64,000 nt of DNA, from NCBI GenBank assembly GCA_051294375.1, contig CM119265.1:8874772-8938771 (forward strand), read 5' to 3'. Origin of the DNA: Paraspadella gotoi. Taxonomy: Eukaryota; Animalia; Chaetognatha. Under the pieces are notes generated by a model. It did no database searches and was not told where the DNA came from. It saw only the letters and a list, made by a program, of their open reading frames with translations. The position numbers and the translations under genes are program-made. Shown here one piece after another: positions 41,017 to 55,604 of the stretch (position 1 is its first letter; every line of letters begins with the position of its first letter).

Positions 41017-42462
41017 TGAAAGTTACTAATGCTAATTGTATTAAAAAAGCCTTAAAGTCTTATGAAGTTATTGACTTCAGTTATATTTGAATTCATGGCG
41101 ACTGTTTTTCTCAAGCTACCTCATAACTAGTCTTCTTTTAATTATTATGGATACCGCGCAAGAAGGGGCCATGATAAGGAAAACTCATTTGTTGAAATAA
41201 TTTAATCATCGACTTTGTTTCCACAATTAAAAAAATTCAAATAAAAAGTATCATAATTTTTTGTTGTTCGTTTTAGACAAAAGAAAAAAAAAAACAAACG
41301 GCATCTATGTCATGGAAGGAAGGCGGATTAATTTAGGACAAAAAAAATATAATCGAATCAGACAAGAGATTCGTCTTTAATCTCAACGATGTAAAGAATA
41401 GATTATCGAGAAAAAAGATTACCTCCTTAAAACATAAGGAGACGGATCTATTTTCTGTATATTCTTTAAATTACATACTTGCATATAACGTCAGTTCGTT
41501 AGTCGCTTGTATTTATCATTTAACCTATTTATCTATAATCGTCGCCTGGATGACAACGAGAACTGCTAATGGGCGTTATTAATGGCATTAGCAAATGGAG
41601 TTAGTAATGCGACTTTGTCGTAAGCGTCGACCCGTTTCTGACATTGAACCATCATTGTCATAAAAATGTCTTCCATGGACTTTCCACATCCGCCCACTTT
41701 GCGACTTGTTTGCATTTTTAACGCTCGAGGNNNNNNNNNNNNNNNNNNNNNNNNNNNNNNNNNNNNNNNNNNNNNNNNNNNNNNNNNNNNNNNNNNNNNN
41801 NNNNNNNNNNNNNNNNNNNNNNNNNNNNNNNNNNNNNNNNNNNNNNNNNNNNNNNNNNNNNNNNNNNNNNNNNNNNNNNNNNNAGAGAGAGAGAGAGAGA
41901 GAGGCAACTCATAAAAATATGAAAATGTGTCCTCTTTTTCCCTCCTCCTTTTTCCCTTCGCAGCTTCGGTTCATTGACTTCGAAAATGCAAATAAAGTTG
42001 TAGCCGTCTCCNNNNNNNNNNNNNNNNNNNNNNNNNNNNNNNNNNNNNNNNNNNNNNNNNNNNNNNNNNNNNNNNNNNNNNNNNNNNNNNNNNNNNNNNN
42101 NNNNNNNNNNNNNNNNNNNNNNNNNNNNNNNNNNNNNNNNNNNNNNNNNNNNNNNNNNNNNNNNNNNNNNNNNNNNNNNNNNNNNNNNNNNNNNNNNNNN
42201 NNNNNNNNNNNNNNNNNNNNNNNNNNNNNNNNNNNNNNNNNNNNNNNNNNNNNNNTTTTTTTTTTTTTTTCAATCCTCGTTTAATGTTGAATGTCTTTGC
42301 CGTTTTCAAGTTTCAAGTTGTCATTTCTACTGGTTCATCTTGTCAGATACTATGCATATTTGAATAATAAATATCAATTTATATCAAATAATACTTTTTT
42401 TAGATTTTTCGATTTCTGCCCGTTCCCTCTCTTTCGCATCTATCCTCGAGCCTTCTTTATGA

Positions 42463-42610
42463 TATTCTTTAATTTCTAACCATTTTTTTTACCTCTAAAG
42501 ATATAAAAGGCTGCCGTATACCAGTTGTGACCCTCTTTACCTCTCTTAAGATCCTCTTTTTGGCCCCTTTTAACTTATCTTTTTCCCCACTTCGTATTCT
42601 CTATTTCGGT

Positions 42611-42648
<38 letters not shown>

Positions 42649-42840
42649 NNNNNNNNNNNNNNNNNNNNNNNNNTATTCTTTAATTTCTAACCATTTTTTT
42701 TACCTCTAAAGATATAAAAGGCTGCCGTATACCAGTTGTGACCCTCTTTACCTCTCTTAAGATCCTCTTTTTGGCCCCTTTTAACTTATCTTTTCCCACT
42801 TCGTATTCTCTATTCGGTAATCCCCCTCTCTCTCTCTCAT
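42463..42840. repeat. Direct duplication across 25-N gap 42649-42673
   Basis: tattctttaatttctaacc...ctctattcggtaatcc occurs on both sides of the gap. Confidence 0.9.
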
Positions 42841-42845
42841 CTCTC

Positions 42846-42915
<70 letters not shown>

Positions 42916-42959
42916 TTTCTATTCTCTCCCTCCTTAGATCTTAATCCTCGATCCATCTA

Positions 42960-43037
<78 letters not shown>

Positions 43038-44002
43038 CCTTTCTTACTCCCTCTTCTCTCTCCCTCCCTCTCTCCCTCCCTCCCTTCCTTCGTTCACGGC
43101 AAAGCTTGTCCCCCCATAATCGAAGCGTCCAACTGCGGCCGGCGCTTTGGCTCGGGAGGGAAGAGGAGGAGGAGGAGGAGGAGGAGGAGGAGGAAGGGGA
43201 GGAAGGGATGAGGAGTGTTGCTCAGCGGGGAAAGAGCAACTCAGAGAGCCGGCTACATGACTGCGCCTTGGGGGGAATGGAAGGGAGAGGGGGAAAGAGG
43301 AGGGTAGAGGGGGGAAGAAGAAGGGAGAAGGGGAGGAAATATATTTATTTGTGTTTTAAATGTTCTACAAAAGTGAAGATTTCTTTTATTACCTATATAT
43401 TATAACTTTTTTTTAATAACAATTTATCAAACGCAACATGTAAAAAAACCATCACTGCTAAGAATAATTTTAAATTAGTTTACAATGGCAAAACAATACG
43501 TAAAGCAGATTTATATTGTTACGTATAATTAATTTTTCCTTCTTATCGTCCGAATTGGCTCTCGGGGTATTAATATTAGTTTATCAAAATAAAATAAAAG
43601 TGNNNNNNNNNNNNNNNNNNNNNNNNNNNNNNNNNNNNNNNNNNNNNNNNNNNNNNNNNNNNNNNNNNNNNNNNNNNNNNNNNNNNNNNNNNNNNNNNNN
43701 NNNNNNNNTCCATTCGGTCATTTTTACTGAGAAAAGGTGAAAGAGCAGTGGGAGAGCTCGGACCGAAAGGTGGGGACCGGAGGGTGTCAGATTATGGGGA
43801 CATGGTGCGGGAGGAGATGATGAACTCATTGCTCATGACGGTCGAAGGCAAAGCCGGCCTAAAAAGGGAGAGAACAAAAGGAGGAATGGAGGAGATTGAA
43901 GGAAGGAAAGCGCGAGGAAAAGAGGAGTGGAGGAAAAGGAAAGAAAAGGAAAGAAGCGGATTGACTAATCATGCGACAAAAGAGGCGAGATTAAGAAGTA
44001 AA

Positions 44003-44036
<34 letters not shown>

Positions 44037-44675
44037 AAGTTAGGACGGAAAAAGTGAGTTAAGTAGACGGAGGCAGGAAATGGAGAGATGTTGGAAGGGC
44101 GCCAAAGAGACGGGCGAATATCGTGGGCGCGGGGGATGGTGGGAAAGGAGAGAAGGAAGGGGAACAGGGGAGCAGGGGAGGTGGGGAGCGATTAACGGAA
44201 AAGTTTCATTTAACTGAATATTTTTATTCATTTCGTTCGGATCGGTGATATTTTCAAAGAGCCACTTATCCTGCAGCGGGGTTCATATTGCCCTACTTGA
44301 GAAAGATGTATTCCAAAGAATGTCGATTCATTCCTATATCATGATAATAATTTAAATTTAATTGAAATAAAGAATTAAGACCAAAAAAGACAAAAATATA
44401 TTGTTCAAATGATAAATTTATATATATATAATATATATATACGATTTTAGTTTTTATATTCGAAGGGCTTCACAAATCTGGGCTTCACAGACGCCCTCTT
44501 CATCTCGCTCTCAACGTTTTTCTACTATCCTTGTGGCGATGCAAAGAGAGAGAGACAGACTGCAACTCTGTCTCTCGATTTCTCTGCTTTCTTTTCATTT
44601 TATCTCCTTCTCGTCTTTTTTCGGTTTTCCCACTCGTATTTTGTTACCGATAAAATTCGCCTCGTTCTGATTCGC

Positions 44676-44778
<103 letters not shown>

Positions 44779-45139
44779 CACGCCCCCTAATGGCGCATCC
44801 TCGGCCATCTTCCCTCCGCCTTCGATTGGAAACTAATCCCCCGCTATTTCGACGTAATCCACGCGCTAAGATTTAAAGCCGAAGAAAATCCCTGGAATGT
44901 GTTGACAATCCGCCGAAAGGGGGGTTTGAAAAGGCTGGGCGGTGGTAGGGGGGTGTGGTGTGGCTCGGGGTGGTCGATGAGACCGACAATAAAAAGGGAG
45001 CGATATTTTACGATTCGTTCCGAGGATCTGTGACTTGGGATAGACGTAGAAAGACATGGGAAAGAAACAGAGTTCATAGATAGTCGCGAGAGTGAAAGTT
45101 GCACGCCTTATGGACATAAAATTTTCACAATATAATATA

Positions 45140-45913
45140 ATATATACATAAAAAAGAAATTCGTTCCTTTTTTTAGACAATTTCTTTAAACTAATTTGCA
45201 TATTGTAGTTATTAAAGATATTATCGATAATTTTTTATTTTGTCGTTGCAAGAAAACATAATTTTCTAACCCTTTAATATTTAGATGACGATGTTATTTT
45301 TTATTGACAAAAAGAAACAAAAATGTTTACTGTAGTGATTTTACAATCACGGTAACTTGGGGAGCTGTGGACAAAAGTTCGATTGAACCCCATAAAGAAT
45401 TTAAGAGAATAGCGTGAAAGTATGGGTGATACTTCTCTCTCTCACAGTATCGTTCATTGCTGGATTGTAATCAGCATCTTTGAAGGGGCGTTTTCATAAC
45501 GCTTTGTTTCTTGTTAAGACNNNNNNNNNNATATATACATAAAAAAAGAAATTCTTTCCTTTTTTTTAGACAATTTCTTTAAACTAATTTGCATATTGTA
45601 GTTATTAAAGATATTATCGATAATTTTTTATTTTGTCGTTGCAAGAAAACATAATTTTCTAACCCTTTAATATTTAGATGACGATGTTATTTTTTATTGA
45701 CTAAAAGAAACAAAAATGTTTACTGTAGTGATTTTACAATCACGGTAACTTGGGGAGCTGTGGACAAAAGTTCGATTGAACCCCATAAAGAATTTAAGAG
45801 AATAGCGTGAAAGTATGGGTGATACTTCTCTCTCTCACAGTATCGTTCATTGCTGGATTGTAATCAGCATCTTTGAAGGGGCGTTTTCATAACGCTTTGT
45901 TTCTTGTTAAGAC
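45140..45913. repeat. ~380-bp near-identical direct duplication across 10-N gap 45521-45530
   Basis: 45140-45520 vs 45531-45913 differ at only a few positions (likely unmerged haplotypes or contig overlap). Confidence 0.92.
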
Positions 45914-46154
45914 TTGGGCTTCCGGTTGGATGAACTTTGATACCTGGATCGCAGTGCTTCTAACAGTTGGCTTTGCGGGAAATATGGTTAATGTCTAACG
46001 AATGTCTTTAGTGACGAAAGTTGCAACAAGCGTCGGCGTAAAGATCAATATACATATACAACTGTTACAAAAACTGCTTCCCCTCTCTCTCTATCCCCCT
46101 CTCAACGGCAGATTCGTTATCTTTTCAACAGAAGTTACTGATGAATCAAAACAG

Positions 46155-46262
<108 letters not shown>

Positions 46263-46919
46263 TTGAATCGCGACGTCCTCCTGTAACTTCGATGACGTCG
46301 TTTTTTATGTTTTCCTCCCGATTTCTGTTTTCGTCCAAAGTTTTATTCATTTATGTATAATATGTATTTACATTTCTTATGTATTACATGATATGCATTT
46401 CAATTATTAGCGACCTATATTTCGAGACATCCATGTCGATGCGTGTATAATTTACTTTATGTCAACAATTATTTATTTTATATTATTATTATTATTATAT
46501 TTATTATTTTTATTATTTTTATTATTATTATTATTTTTTTATATTCTTCTCATTATTTTTTTTTATCTCTCGTTGTTCATTTGTTTCAAGCAACGATTGA
46601 ATTCAAATCCTTATTTTCTCTTTTAATTTTCTTCATCTCCCTTTTTTTTCTCTCGAAATCTTTCCTCCTTTTTTTTCTCTGCTTTTTCTGTTCGAGAATC
46701 ATCTTCTCTCTCTCCTTTCCTCTACAACTTCTTCTTCCTCTCCTTTCCTCGTCTTCCTCCTCCTCCTCCTTCTCCTCCTCCTCCTCTTTTCATTGATCGG
46801 CAGAAGCCTCACCTGTTGCGTTTGATGATGGAATCGACTTCGTCGTCGTCGTTCGCTTCTTCCTCCTCCTCCTCCTCTTCATTCTCCTCATCCTCTTCCC
46901 CCTCTCGGATCGAACTTAC

Positions 46920-46979
46920 CTTTCGATCTCACCCGCCGGCCTTTCCCGACCTTTGACTGTGGATGCGAACGAGACTCCA
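46920..46979 (-). other. Candidate 60-nt exon
   Basis: TTTCCAG| acceptor and AAG|GTAAGT donor; two frames are open. A second donor CAG|GTGAG lies at 46812. Confidence 0.25.
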
Positions 46980-48012
46980 CTGGAAATTCTCTCTCCGTTT
47001 TCATCGCGTCCAGAATTTTATTTTATTTTTTCATCGTAACGTCAGAAAACTTTGTCGGCAAAGTTGTCATCACTGACAAATACGTCAACTTTTTGTTTTC
47101 TCTGCAGTTTTGTCATTCATTTCGTCGACCGGAAAACTGACTACCGGGAAATCTCCATAATTTTTTTTCCCCGCGTTCGACTCTCTGTCTCTTTAAACGA
47201 GAAAGATACATACATTGACTTTTACAAAATCGAAATAAAAACGGGAGAAAGAGAGAGACGGTGTCGAAGTAACCACGGAGACATTGCGAAAAGTGAGACA
47301 GAGATAGAGATCTTTTGTTTCCGCCGACGACGTAACCGAATGAAGAAAATGACGCTCGTCGCTTCTGTTTCTATTCGAAAACAATAAGATAAAAACTTAA
47401 ACAAAACAAAGCAAAAAAGTAAACAAATAAAAATACACAATTTGGCAACAAAAAAAACATGGAACCATACAAGAGAATGAGGTGAGGCTTGAAAAGAGGG
47501 AAAACTAAAAATTGTACATTTATATCTAGTCTTGTAGTTATATATTGCATATAATGCGAACTATTTGTAGGAAGACTTCTTTATTTTAATCAAACTGATA
47601 TTAAAAAGTCTTCTTTGAACGAAACATTTTGTGTCCAAAAAATATGGATTTCAAAAGGTTTCAGTCGCTTTTATTCTTCTGAAACTAAAAAAAAATCTGA
47701 AATCAATAAAAAAAAAATTTAAAAATTTTCTTTTGAAAATAAAAAAAAATCCTTTTTATTTTGTTCTCGTTCTTCAATTTTTGCAGAATTTTTTTCGTGT
47801 TTGTTTACTTGTTTGATAAAAGCGAAAACAAAACCGTCAAAAAGAAAAGAGAGAGAGAGAGAGAGAGACAGAGAAATGAACAAATCTAGAAAAAAAATTT
47901 GAAAAAAAATAATAGAAAGTTTAAACGAGTATGGAAAGAAGAGTGCTAAAAGAAAAAAGAAAGAAAAAAAGAAAAAAGAAAGAAAGAAAGAAAGAAAGAA
48001 AGAGAGAAAGAG

Positions 48013-48043
<31 letters not shown>

Positions 48044-48263
48044 AAAAAAGATTGAAAAAAAAATGCGCAAAAGATTCGCTCGATTCCCTCCTTTCCTCCT
48101 TCCTCCCTTTTTTTCCTTCTATTTTTCTCTTTTTTCTCTTTTCTCTTTTTTTTCCTTCATTTTTTTTTCTTTTTTTTGAAATGAAAATGCAAATGAGGCG
48201 CGCGACATTCCCTGGGGAAAGAACATTGGTTCGTATTTGAACGTCCGCCTAAAAAAGAAGAGC

Positions 48264-48300
<37 letters not shown>

Positions 48301-48308
48301 GAGAGAGA

Positions 48309-48341
<33 letters not shown>

Positions 48342-49636
48342 CCATAAAGAGACAAAACACGATAAAATATTCGTAAGCGAAGGGGAAGCGACGACGCTTC
48401 CAGTTTTTTTCTTTTTTTTCGGCGTCGGAAAATTTTTTTTCATTTTTTGTCTCGAATAATTTTTATTGGTTTTTTTTATCTGGATTCTGATTGGTTCAAA
48501 GATTCCCGAAACCCCGATTTCCCTTCGCTGCTATTGGCTAAAAAATTTTTATCTCCATTTTATCAAAATGTTAAATGCAGTTTTTTTTCTCTTTACTTTT
48601 AAAGATATTTCGAAAAGAGAATTCTCGTTTCTATCGCGACTCAATTGTTTCACAGTTTCCCTTTTAACTTGTACATAGATTTTATAGATGATATAGCACA
48701 TTCTGATCATTCGTAGCCATCATCAAATGATCGAAAATGACTATTTCTATTCTTATTACTATTACTTATGTTTAACTTTTTTCAAAGTTACTTCGAGAAT
48801 CGTAATAAACATAAGTGATGTAACTGCGCATTGACGATGTATTTTCGAAGCATAACAACGAGTTATCAGCGACGATGTATCGCTTATATATTATCTGTAA
48901 TTCTGTATTGTGTATCGAAATCTAGTCGGCTCAGGAATTCATCCACTAGCAAAAGCCAACCGGTTCAATATATTTTTCCCCGTTTACTATATTTCCGCCA
49001 TTGACTACGCCGCTTAGTTTCTTGCTCGATGAATTGCTGTCTACCGAATGCCGTCTACCGATCGCCACCTGCTGCCACCAGTGCCGTCAGTCAACATGGC
49101 GCTTGCCAGTTTCCGACGCGACTGCACTCTCTCTCTNNNNNNNNNNNNNNNNNNNNNNNNNNNNNNNNNNNNNNNNNNNNNNNNNNNNNNNNNNNNNNNN
49201 NNNNNNNNNNNNNNNNNNNNNNNNNNNNNNNNNNNNNNNNNNNNNNNNNNNNNNNNNNNNNNNNNNNNNNNNNNNNNNNNNNNNNNNNNNNNNNNNNNNN
49301 NNNNNNNNNNNNNNNNNNNNNNNNNNNNNNNNNNNNNNNNNNNNNNNNNNNNNNNNNNNNNNNNNNNNNNNNNNNNNNNNNNNNNNNNNNNNNNNNNTCG
49401 TTCGTTCGTTCGTTCATTCTTTTTTTTCTTTCCTTTTCTTTATTTCTTTCTTTAAATTTTTTTATCTTCTTTTCCATCTGTGTTTTGCTCTTTCTCTCAA
49501 TATGTCTTTCTTTCTTCTCCTACGAAACTCTGCAAGAAATAATCGTCTTTGAACTATATATTGTTTTCAACTTTAGTGACTAAGTCGAAACAAGTGCCAG
49601 AAAAAGTCGAGAAATAAAATGAACAAAAATTAAAAA

Positions 49637-49763
49637 AACAAGAACGGTAATTCCAATGTGTTGCGCCGCAGTGTCTGCCTTATCATGTGTATTTCTCGTG
49701 ACATGACAAGACATGACGTGACATGACCCTAATAACTTTCTTTGCCCGTGTATTTCTGACACG
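49637..49763 (-). mobile_element. HINE-like element, 3' part (rest lies in gap)
   Basis: aacaagaacggtaattccaatgtgttgcgccgcagtg...actttctttgcccgtgtattt matches 27575-27690. Confidence 0.7.
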
Positions 49764-50499
49764 NNNNNNNNNNNNNNNNNNNNNNNNNNNNNNNNNNNNN
49801 NNNNNNNNNNNNNNNNNNNNNNNNNNNNNNNNNNNNNNNNNNNNNNNNNNNNNNNNNNNNNNNNNNNNNNNNNNNNNNNNNNNNNNNNNNNNNNNNNNNN
49901 NNNNNNNNNNNNNNNNNNNNNNNNNNNNNNNNNNNNNNNNNNNNNNNNNNNNNNNNNNNNNNNNNNNNNNNNNNNNNNNNNNNNNNNNNNNNNNNNNNNN
50001 NNNNNNNNNNNNNNNNNNNNNNNNNNNNNNNNNNNNNNNNNNNNNNNNNNNNNNNNNNNNNNNNNNNNNNNNNNNNNNNNNNNNNNNNNNNNNNNNNNNN
50101 NNNNNNNNNNNNNNNNNNNNNNNNNNNNNNNNNNNNNNNNNNNNNNNNNNNNNNNNNNNNNNNNNNNNNNNNNNNNNNNNNNNNNNNNNNNNNNCTTCCT
50201 TCGCGAGAAAATTTGGCCCGCGTCGAGCATTGCTGATGCGTTAATGAGGTCCGGAAATACCAAAGCAGGAGCGAAAGAGGGAGAGCGAGAGGGAGACGGA
50301 GAAAGAGGTAGAGAATGTATCTCTCTCTCTCTCTCTCTCTCNNNNNNNNNNNNNNNNNNNNNNNNNNNNNNNNNNNNNNNNNNNNNNNNNNNNNNNNNNN
50401 NNNNNNNNNNNNNNNNNNNNNNNNNNNNNNNNNNNNNNNNNTCCTTTTTTTTTCAAAATATTTTTTTGTCTGAGGAACTCGCTCTCTGTCTTTTTCTCT

Positions 50500-51958
50500 T
50501 CGCTTCTCGGTTTCTCCTTTTTTTCGATGAAAAATGTTTCCTTTTTTCCTTTTTTCTTTCACTGAGTTTTGAGTTTGTACTTTTTGTTCTGTTTTTCCTT
50601 TGATGCTTCCTTTCTTTCTTTTTTTCTTTTTTTCTTTCTTTCTTTCTTTCTGTCTTTCTTTTTTTTCTGTCTTTTTAACACATCTCTTCTTTTTATTTTC
50701 TTCTTTCTTTCTTTCTTTCTAGTCTTTTTTCTGTCCCTTTTCTCTTTCTTTCTTCTATCCTAGCTTCCATTTGACCCGCAATCGCATTAAAAATCCTTCA
50801 ACTTCTACACCTCAACAACTTCGCTCTCTTTTCTTTTTCTTCCTCTTTTACTTTCTTTTGTCGTCGAATGTAAACAAGATTTTCTTGCTCTTTTGTCATG
50901 GAGAAAACTCGCGTTCCATAGAGACAGTGGGGAGGGAATTTTTGCAATGACGATGCGACGACGACGATGCCGAAGACGACGACGACGACGACGACGACGA
51001 CGNNNNNNNNNNNNNNNNNNNNNNNNNNGAAGAAGAAGAAGAAGAAGAAGAAGAAGAAGAAGAAGACTTCCTGAAAAGAAAGTTTGTTGAATGGCGTCTG
51101 TAACTTCTTTGAAAAATGCTTCGGGTTTTTTTTTCTTTTTTTTTCTCTTTTCAAGTTTCTCCTTTTATTTTTGTCGTTCTCAGATTTGCCTTATCTTTGA
51201 CGGTGAACGGAAAAACTTATTTTTAGCTCGTTNNNNNNNNNNNNNNNNNNNNNNNNNNNNNNNNNNNNNNNNNNNNNNNNNNNNNNNNNNNNNNNNNNNN
51301 NNNNNNNNNNNNNNNNNNNNNNNNNNNNNNNNNNNNNNNNNNNNNNNNNNNNNNNNNNNNNNNNNNNNNNNNNNNNNNNNNNNNNNNNNNNNNNNNNNNN
51401 NNNNNNNNNNNNNNNNNNNNNNNNNNNNNNNNNNNNNNNNNNNNNNNNNNNNNNNNNNNNNNNNNNNNNNNNNNNNNNNNNNNNNNNNNNNNNNNNNNNN
51501 NNNNNNNNNNNNNNNNNNNNNNNNNNNNNNNNNNNNNNNNNNNNNNNNNNNNNNNNNNNNNNNNNNNNNNNNNNNNNNNNNNNNNNNNNNNNNNNNNNNN
51601 NNNNNNNNNNNNNNNNNNNNNNNNNNNNNNNNNNNNNNNNNNNNNNNNNNNNNNNNNNNNNNNNNNNNNNNNNNNNNNNNNNNNNNNNNNNNNNNNNNNN
51701 NNNNNNNNNNNNNNNNNNNNNNNNNNNNNNNNNNNNNNNNNNNNNNNNNNNNNNNNNNNNNNNNNNNNNNNNNNNNNNNNNNNNNNNNNNNNNNNNNNNN
51801 NNNNNNNNNNNNNNNNNNNNNNNNNNNNNNNNNNNNNNNTTTTTCTCCTTTTTTGTATTCAACTTTTTCCAGTATCGATTCCCTTTTCTTTTTCTTTTTC
51901 ACATCGATTTAATTCTCCGATTTTATTTCTCTTCAGTCTTTTATTCCAGGTTCGTTTT

Positions 51959-52055
<97 letters not shown>

Positions 52056-52647
52056 CTTTTCTCGCTTTGATTTTCTTTCCTTTCCTTAGTCTTTCTTTTC
52101 TATTTTCATCCTTTTTTCCTCAACTTTGTCTCCTCTCCTTTTCTCATTGTCATTCACTCCCCCTTCCTCCACTCCAGCCTCCCTTTCCTCCCCCTTTCCT
52201 CCCTCACCTCACCCCTTCTTCAATCCCAAAGAGGAAGGAAAAGAGCGAAGAAGAATGAACTGCAAAAAAAGACATCGAGAGAAAGCGCTGGCGCCAAGAC
52301 TCTCACTACCACTGTTATGAATCCGAGAAGTTATGGCGCGAGAAGGAAGAGGAGGGAGAGGGAGAGAGGGAGAGAGGGAGGAAGAGAGGGGGATTTGGGA
52401 AAAGAAGGGGAGGGAGAAGAGGTGGACGGAGGAGGAAAGAGATGGAGTGAGAGAGGGATGATGGAGAATGGTAGAGAGGAAAAAGGGTNNNNNNNNNNNN
52501 NNNNNNNNNNNNNNNNNNNNNNNNNNNNNNNNNNNNNNNNNNNNNNNNNNNNNNNNNNNNNNNNNNNNNNNNNNNNNNNNNNNNNNNNNNNNNNNNNNNN
52601 NNNNNNNNNNNNNNNNNNNNNNNNNNNNNNNNNNNNNNNNNNNNNNN

Positions 52648-52681
<34 letters not shown>

Positions 52682-53854
52682 GGAGGGTGATTAAATTGAG
52701 AGGAAGAAGACGAGTTCGATCTTAAAGCGAGAAATTAAAAACCCACTGGATACAATAAAATAAAAAGAATCATTGATTTGTGAATAATGTATAATGTATT
52801 TTCTTATTATCAAATGTTAAAATGTAATAAAATGCACAAACATTAAAAGAATAAAACGAATGAAATAAATGAAGAAGAAATTGAGGAAGAAACAGATAAT
52901 GGAAAATAAATGAAAGGGAAAAGAAAAAGATTAAAGGAGAAAAAAGAAGAATCTGGAAAAAAACAAATGAGTAAATGATGGGGAGAAAAAGATGATAATC
53001 TGAAGCGTGNNNNNNNNNNNNNNNNNNNNNNNNNTTCTCTCGGTTTCTCCTTTTTTATTTTCGATTGAAAAAAATGTTTCCTTTTTTCTTTTTTCTTCAC
53101 TGAGTTTGAGTTTTGTACTTTTTGTATCTGTCTTCCTTTGATGCTTCCTTTCTTCCTTTCTTTTTTTCTTCTTTCTTTCTTTTTTTTCTTTCTGTCTTTT
53201 CTTTTTTTTTTTCCTTCTTTTAACAAATCCTCTTCTTTTTATTTTCTCTTCTTCATTTCTTTCTAGTCTTTTTTCTGTTCCCTTTCTCTTTCTTTTTTCT
53301 ATCCTAAACTTCCATTTGACCCGCGAATCGCATTAAAAATCTTCAACTTCTTACACCTCAACAACTTCCCTTCTCTTTTCCTTTTCTTCCTCTTTACTTT
53401 CTTTTGTCGATCGAATGTAAACAGATTTCTTGCTTCTTTTGTCCATGGAGAAAACCGCGTTCCATAGAGACAGTGGGGAGGGAATTTTGCAATGACGGAT
53501 GGCCGACGGACGACGATGCCGAAGACGACGACGGACGACGAAGAGAAGAAGAAAAAGAAGAAAAGAAGAAGGAAGAAGAAGAGAAGAAGAAGAAGAAGAA
53601 GAAAGAAGAAGGAAGAAGAAGCAAGAAGAAGAAGACTGTCCTGAAAAAGAAGTTTGTTGAATGGCGTCTGTAATTCTTTGAAAAATGCTTCGGGTTTTTT
53701 TTCTTTTTTTTTTCCTCTTTTCAAAGTTTCTCCTTTATTTTGTCGTTCTAGATTTGCTTATCTTTGACGGTTGAACGGGAAAAAAACTTTTATTTTTAGC
53801 TCGTTAGTGTACATTCGATAGAGCTAGAGTCTATGGGAGGTCTCTCCTTCTCTC

Positions 53855-53939
<85 letters not shown>

Positions 53940-55357
53940 TTCGGCATATATTTCTTTCTCTCCATCCCGAATAGGCGCGAAAAAAGTCAGAAAGATTAAG
54001 CGCGAAGATTCTTTTTACCTCATAACTTCTCCGCACCTCGGATCTTATCTTTCCCTATCTTTTTCCTTCTTTCCTTTCCTTTCCTTTCCTTTTTTTCCTT
54101 TTTTAACTTTTTTTTCCTTCTTTTTTCTCCTTTTTTGTAATTCAACTTTTATCCAGTATCGATTCCCTTTCTTTTTCTTTTTCACATCGATGTTAATTCT
54201 CGATTTTATTCTCTTCAGTCTTTTATTCCAAGGGTTCGTTTTCTTTCCTTTCTTTTTCTTTCTTCTTCTTTCCTTTCTTTCATTTCTTTTCTTTCTTTCT
54301 TTCTTTCTTTCTTTTCTTCTTTCTTTCTTTTTTCTTTTTTTCTTTCTTTCTTTCTTTCTTCCATTTCTTTTCTCGCTTGATTTTCTTTCCTTTCCTTAGT
54401 CTTTTCTTTTCTATTTTCATCCTTTTTTCTCAACTTTGTCTCCTCTCCTTTTCTCATTGTTCATTCACTCCCCCTTCCTCCACTCCAGCCTCCTTCTTCC
54501 CCCTTTCCTCCCTCGACCTCACCCCCTTCAATCCAAAGGGAGGAAAAAGAGCGAAGAAGAATGAAACTGCAAAAAAGGACATCGAGAGAAAGCGCTTGGC
54601 GCCAAGACTCTCACTACCACTGTTTGAATCCGAGAAGTTATGGCGCCGAGAGAGGAAGAGAAGGGATTAGGGGAGAGAGGGAGAGAGGGAGGAAGAGAGG
54701 GATTTTGGGAAAAAGAAGGGGAGGAGGGAGAAGAGCGTGGATCGGGAGAGAAAGAGATGGATGTGAGAGAGGGATGATGTTGAGAATGGTAGAGAAGGAA
54801 AGGGTGGAGAGGATGAGGGAGAAGGAGAGAGGTAGGATGAGATTAGAGGAATGGAGTGAGATAGAGATGATGAAAAGGGAGAGTGGAAGAGAGGTGGAGA
54901 GAAGAGGGGGAGGAAGAGGTAGGATGGGGAATGAATGGAGGAGAGGGAGGGGGAGAGAGAGAGAGAGGAGAGAGAGAGGGAGAGAGATATGAGGAGAGAG
55001 AGAGAGAGAGACGGAGGGTGATTTTAAATTGAGAGGAAGAGACGAGTTCGATCTTAAAGCGAGAAATTTAAAAAAACCCACTGGATACAATAAAGCATAA
55101 AGAAGAATCATTTGATGTGTTGAAATAATTGTTATAATGTATTTTCTTATTATCAAATGGTTAAAATGTTAATAAATGCACAAAACATTTAAAAGAATAA
55201 AAACGAGATGAATATAAAGAAGAAGAAATTGAGGGAAGAAACCAGATAATGGAAATAAATGAAAGGAAAAGAAAAAAGATTAATGAGAAAAAGAAGAATC
55301 TGGAAAAAAAACAAATGAGTAAATGATGTGCGAGAAAAAGATGATAATCTGAAGCGT
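50500..55357. repeat. ~2.3-2.5 kb direct duplication across 25-N gap 53010-53034
   Basis: 50500-53009 (gapped, clean) vs 53035-55357 (ungapped, indel-rich) are colinear. Both end in gatgataatctgaagcgtg. Confidence 0.9.
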
Positions 55358-55370
55358 GGCGGGATGGAGC

Positions 55371-55406
<36 letters not shown>

Positions 55407-55423
55407 AGAGAGACGAGAGAGAG

Positions 55424-55461
<38 letters not shown>

Positions 55462-55604
55462 AGAGAGAGGGAGGAGAGAGGCGCTAAAATAATGCGGCCA
55501 GGCGGCCAATTCGTCGCTGAGGCGTCGATATATTGTGCAACGGCGCGCCGCGCTCCACGCGCTGTCATGCCAGGAGCGTGTTGAGAGAGAGAGAGAGAGA
55601 GAGA

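Noticed and set aside
41566-41730. Minus-strand open peptide (..GGCGKSMEDIFMTMMVQCQKRVDAYDKV..)
   Set aside because: Short, runs into a gap, no recognisable family.
45914-45998. GPCR TM1-like peptide IAVLLTVGFAGNMV
   Set aside because: Immediately followed by a stop, with no further GPCR motifs. Probably chance.
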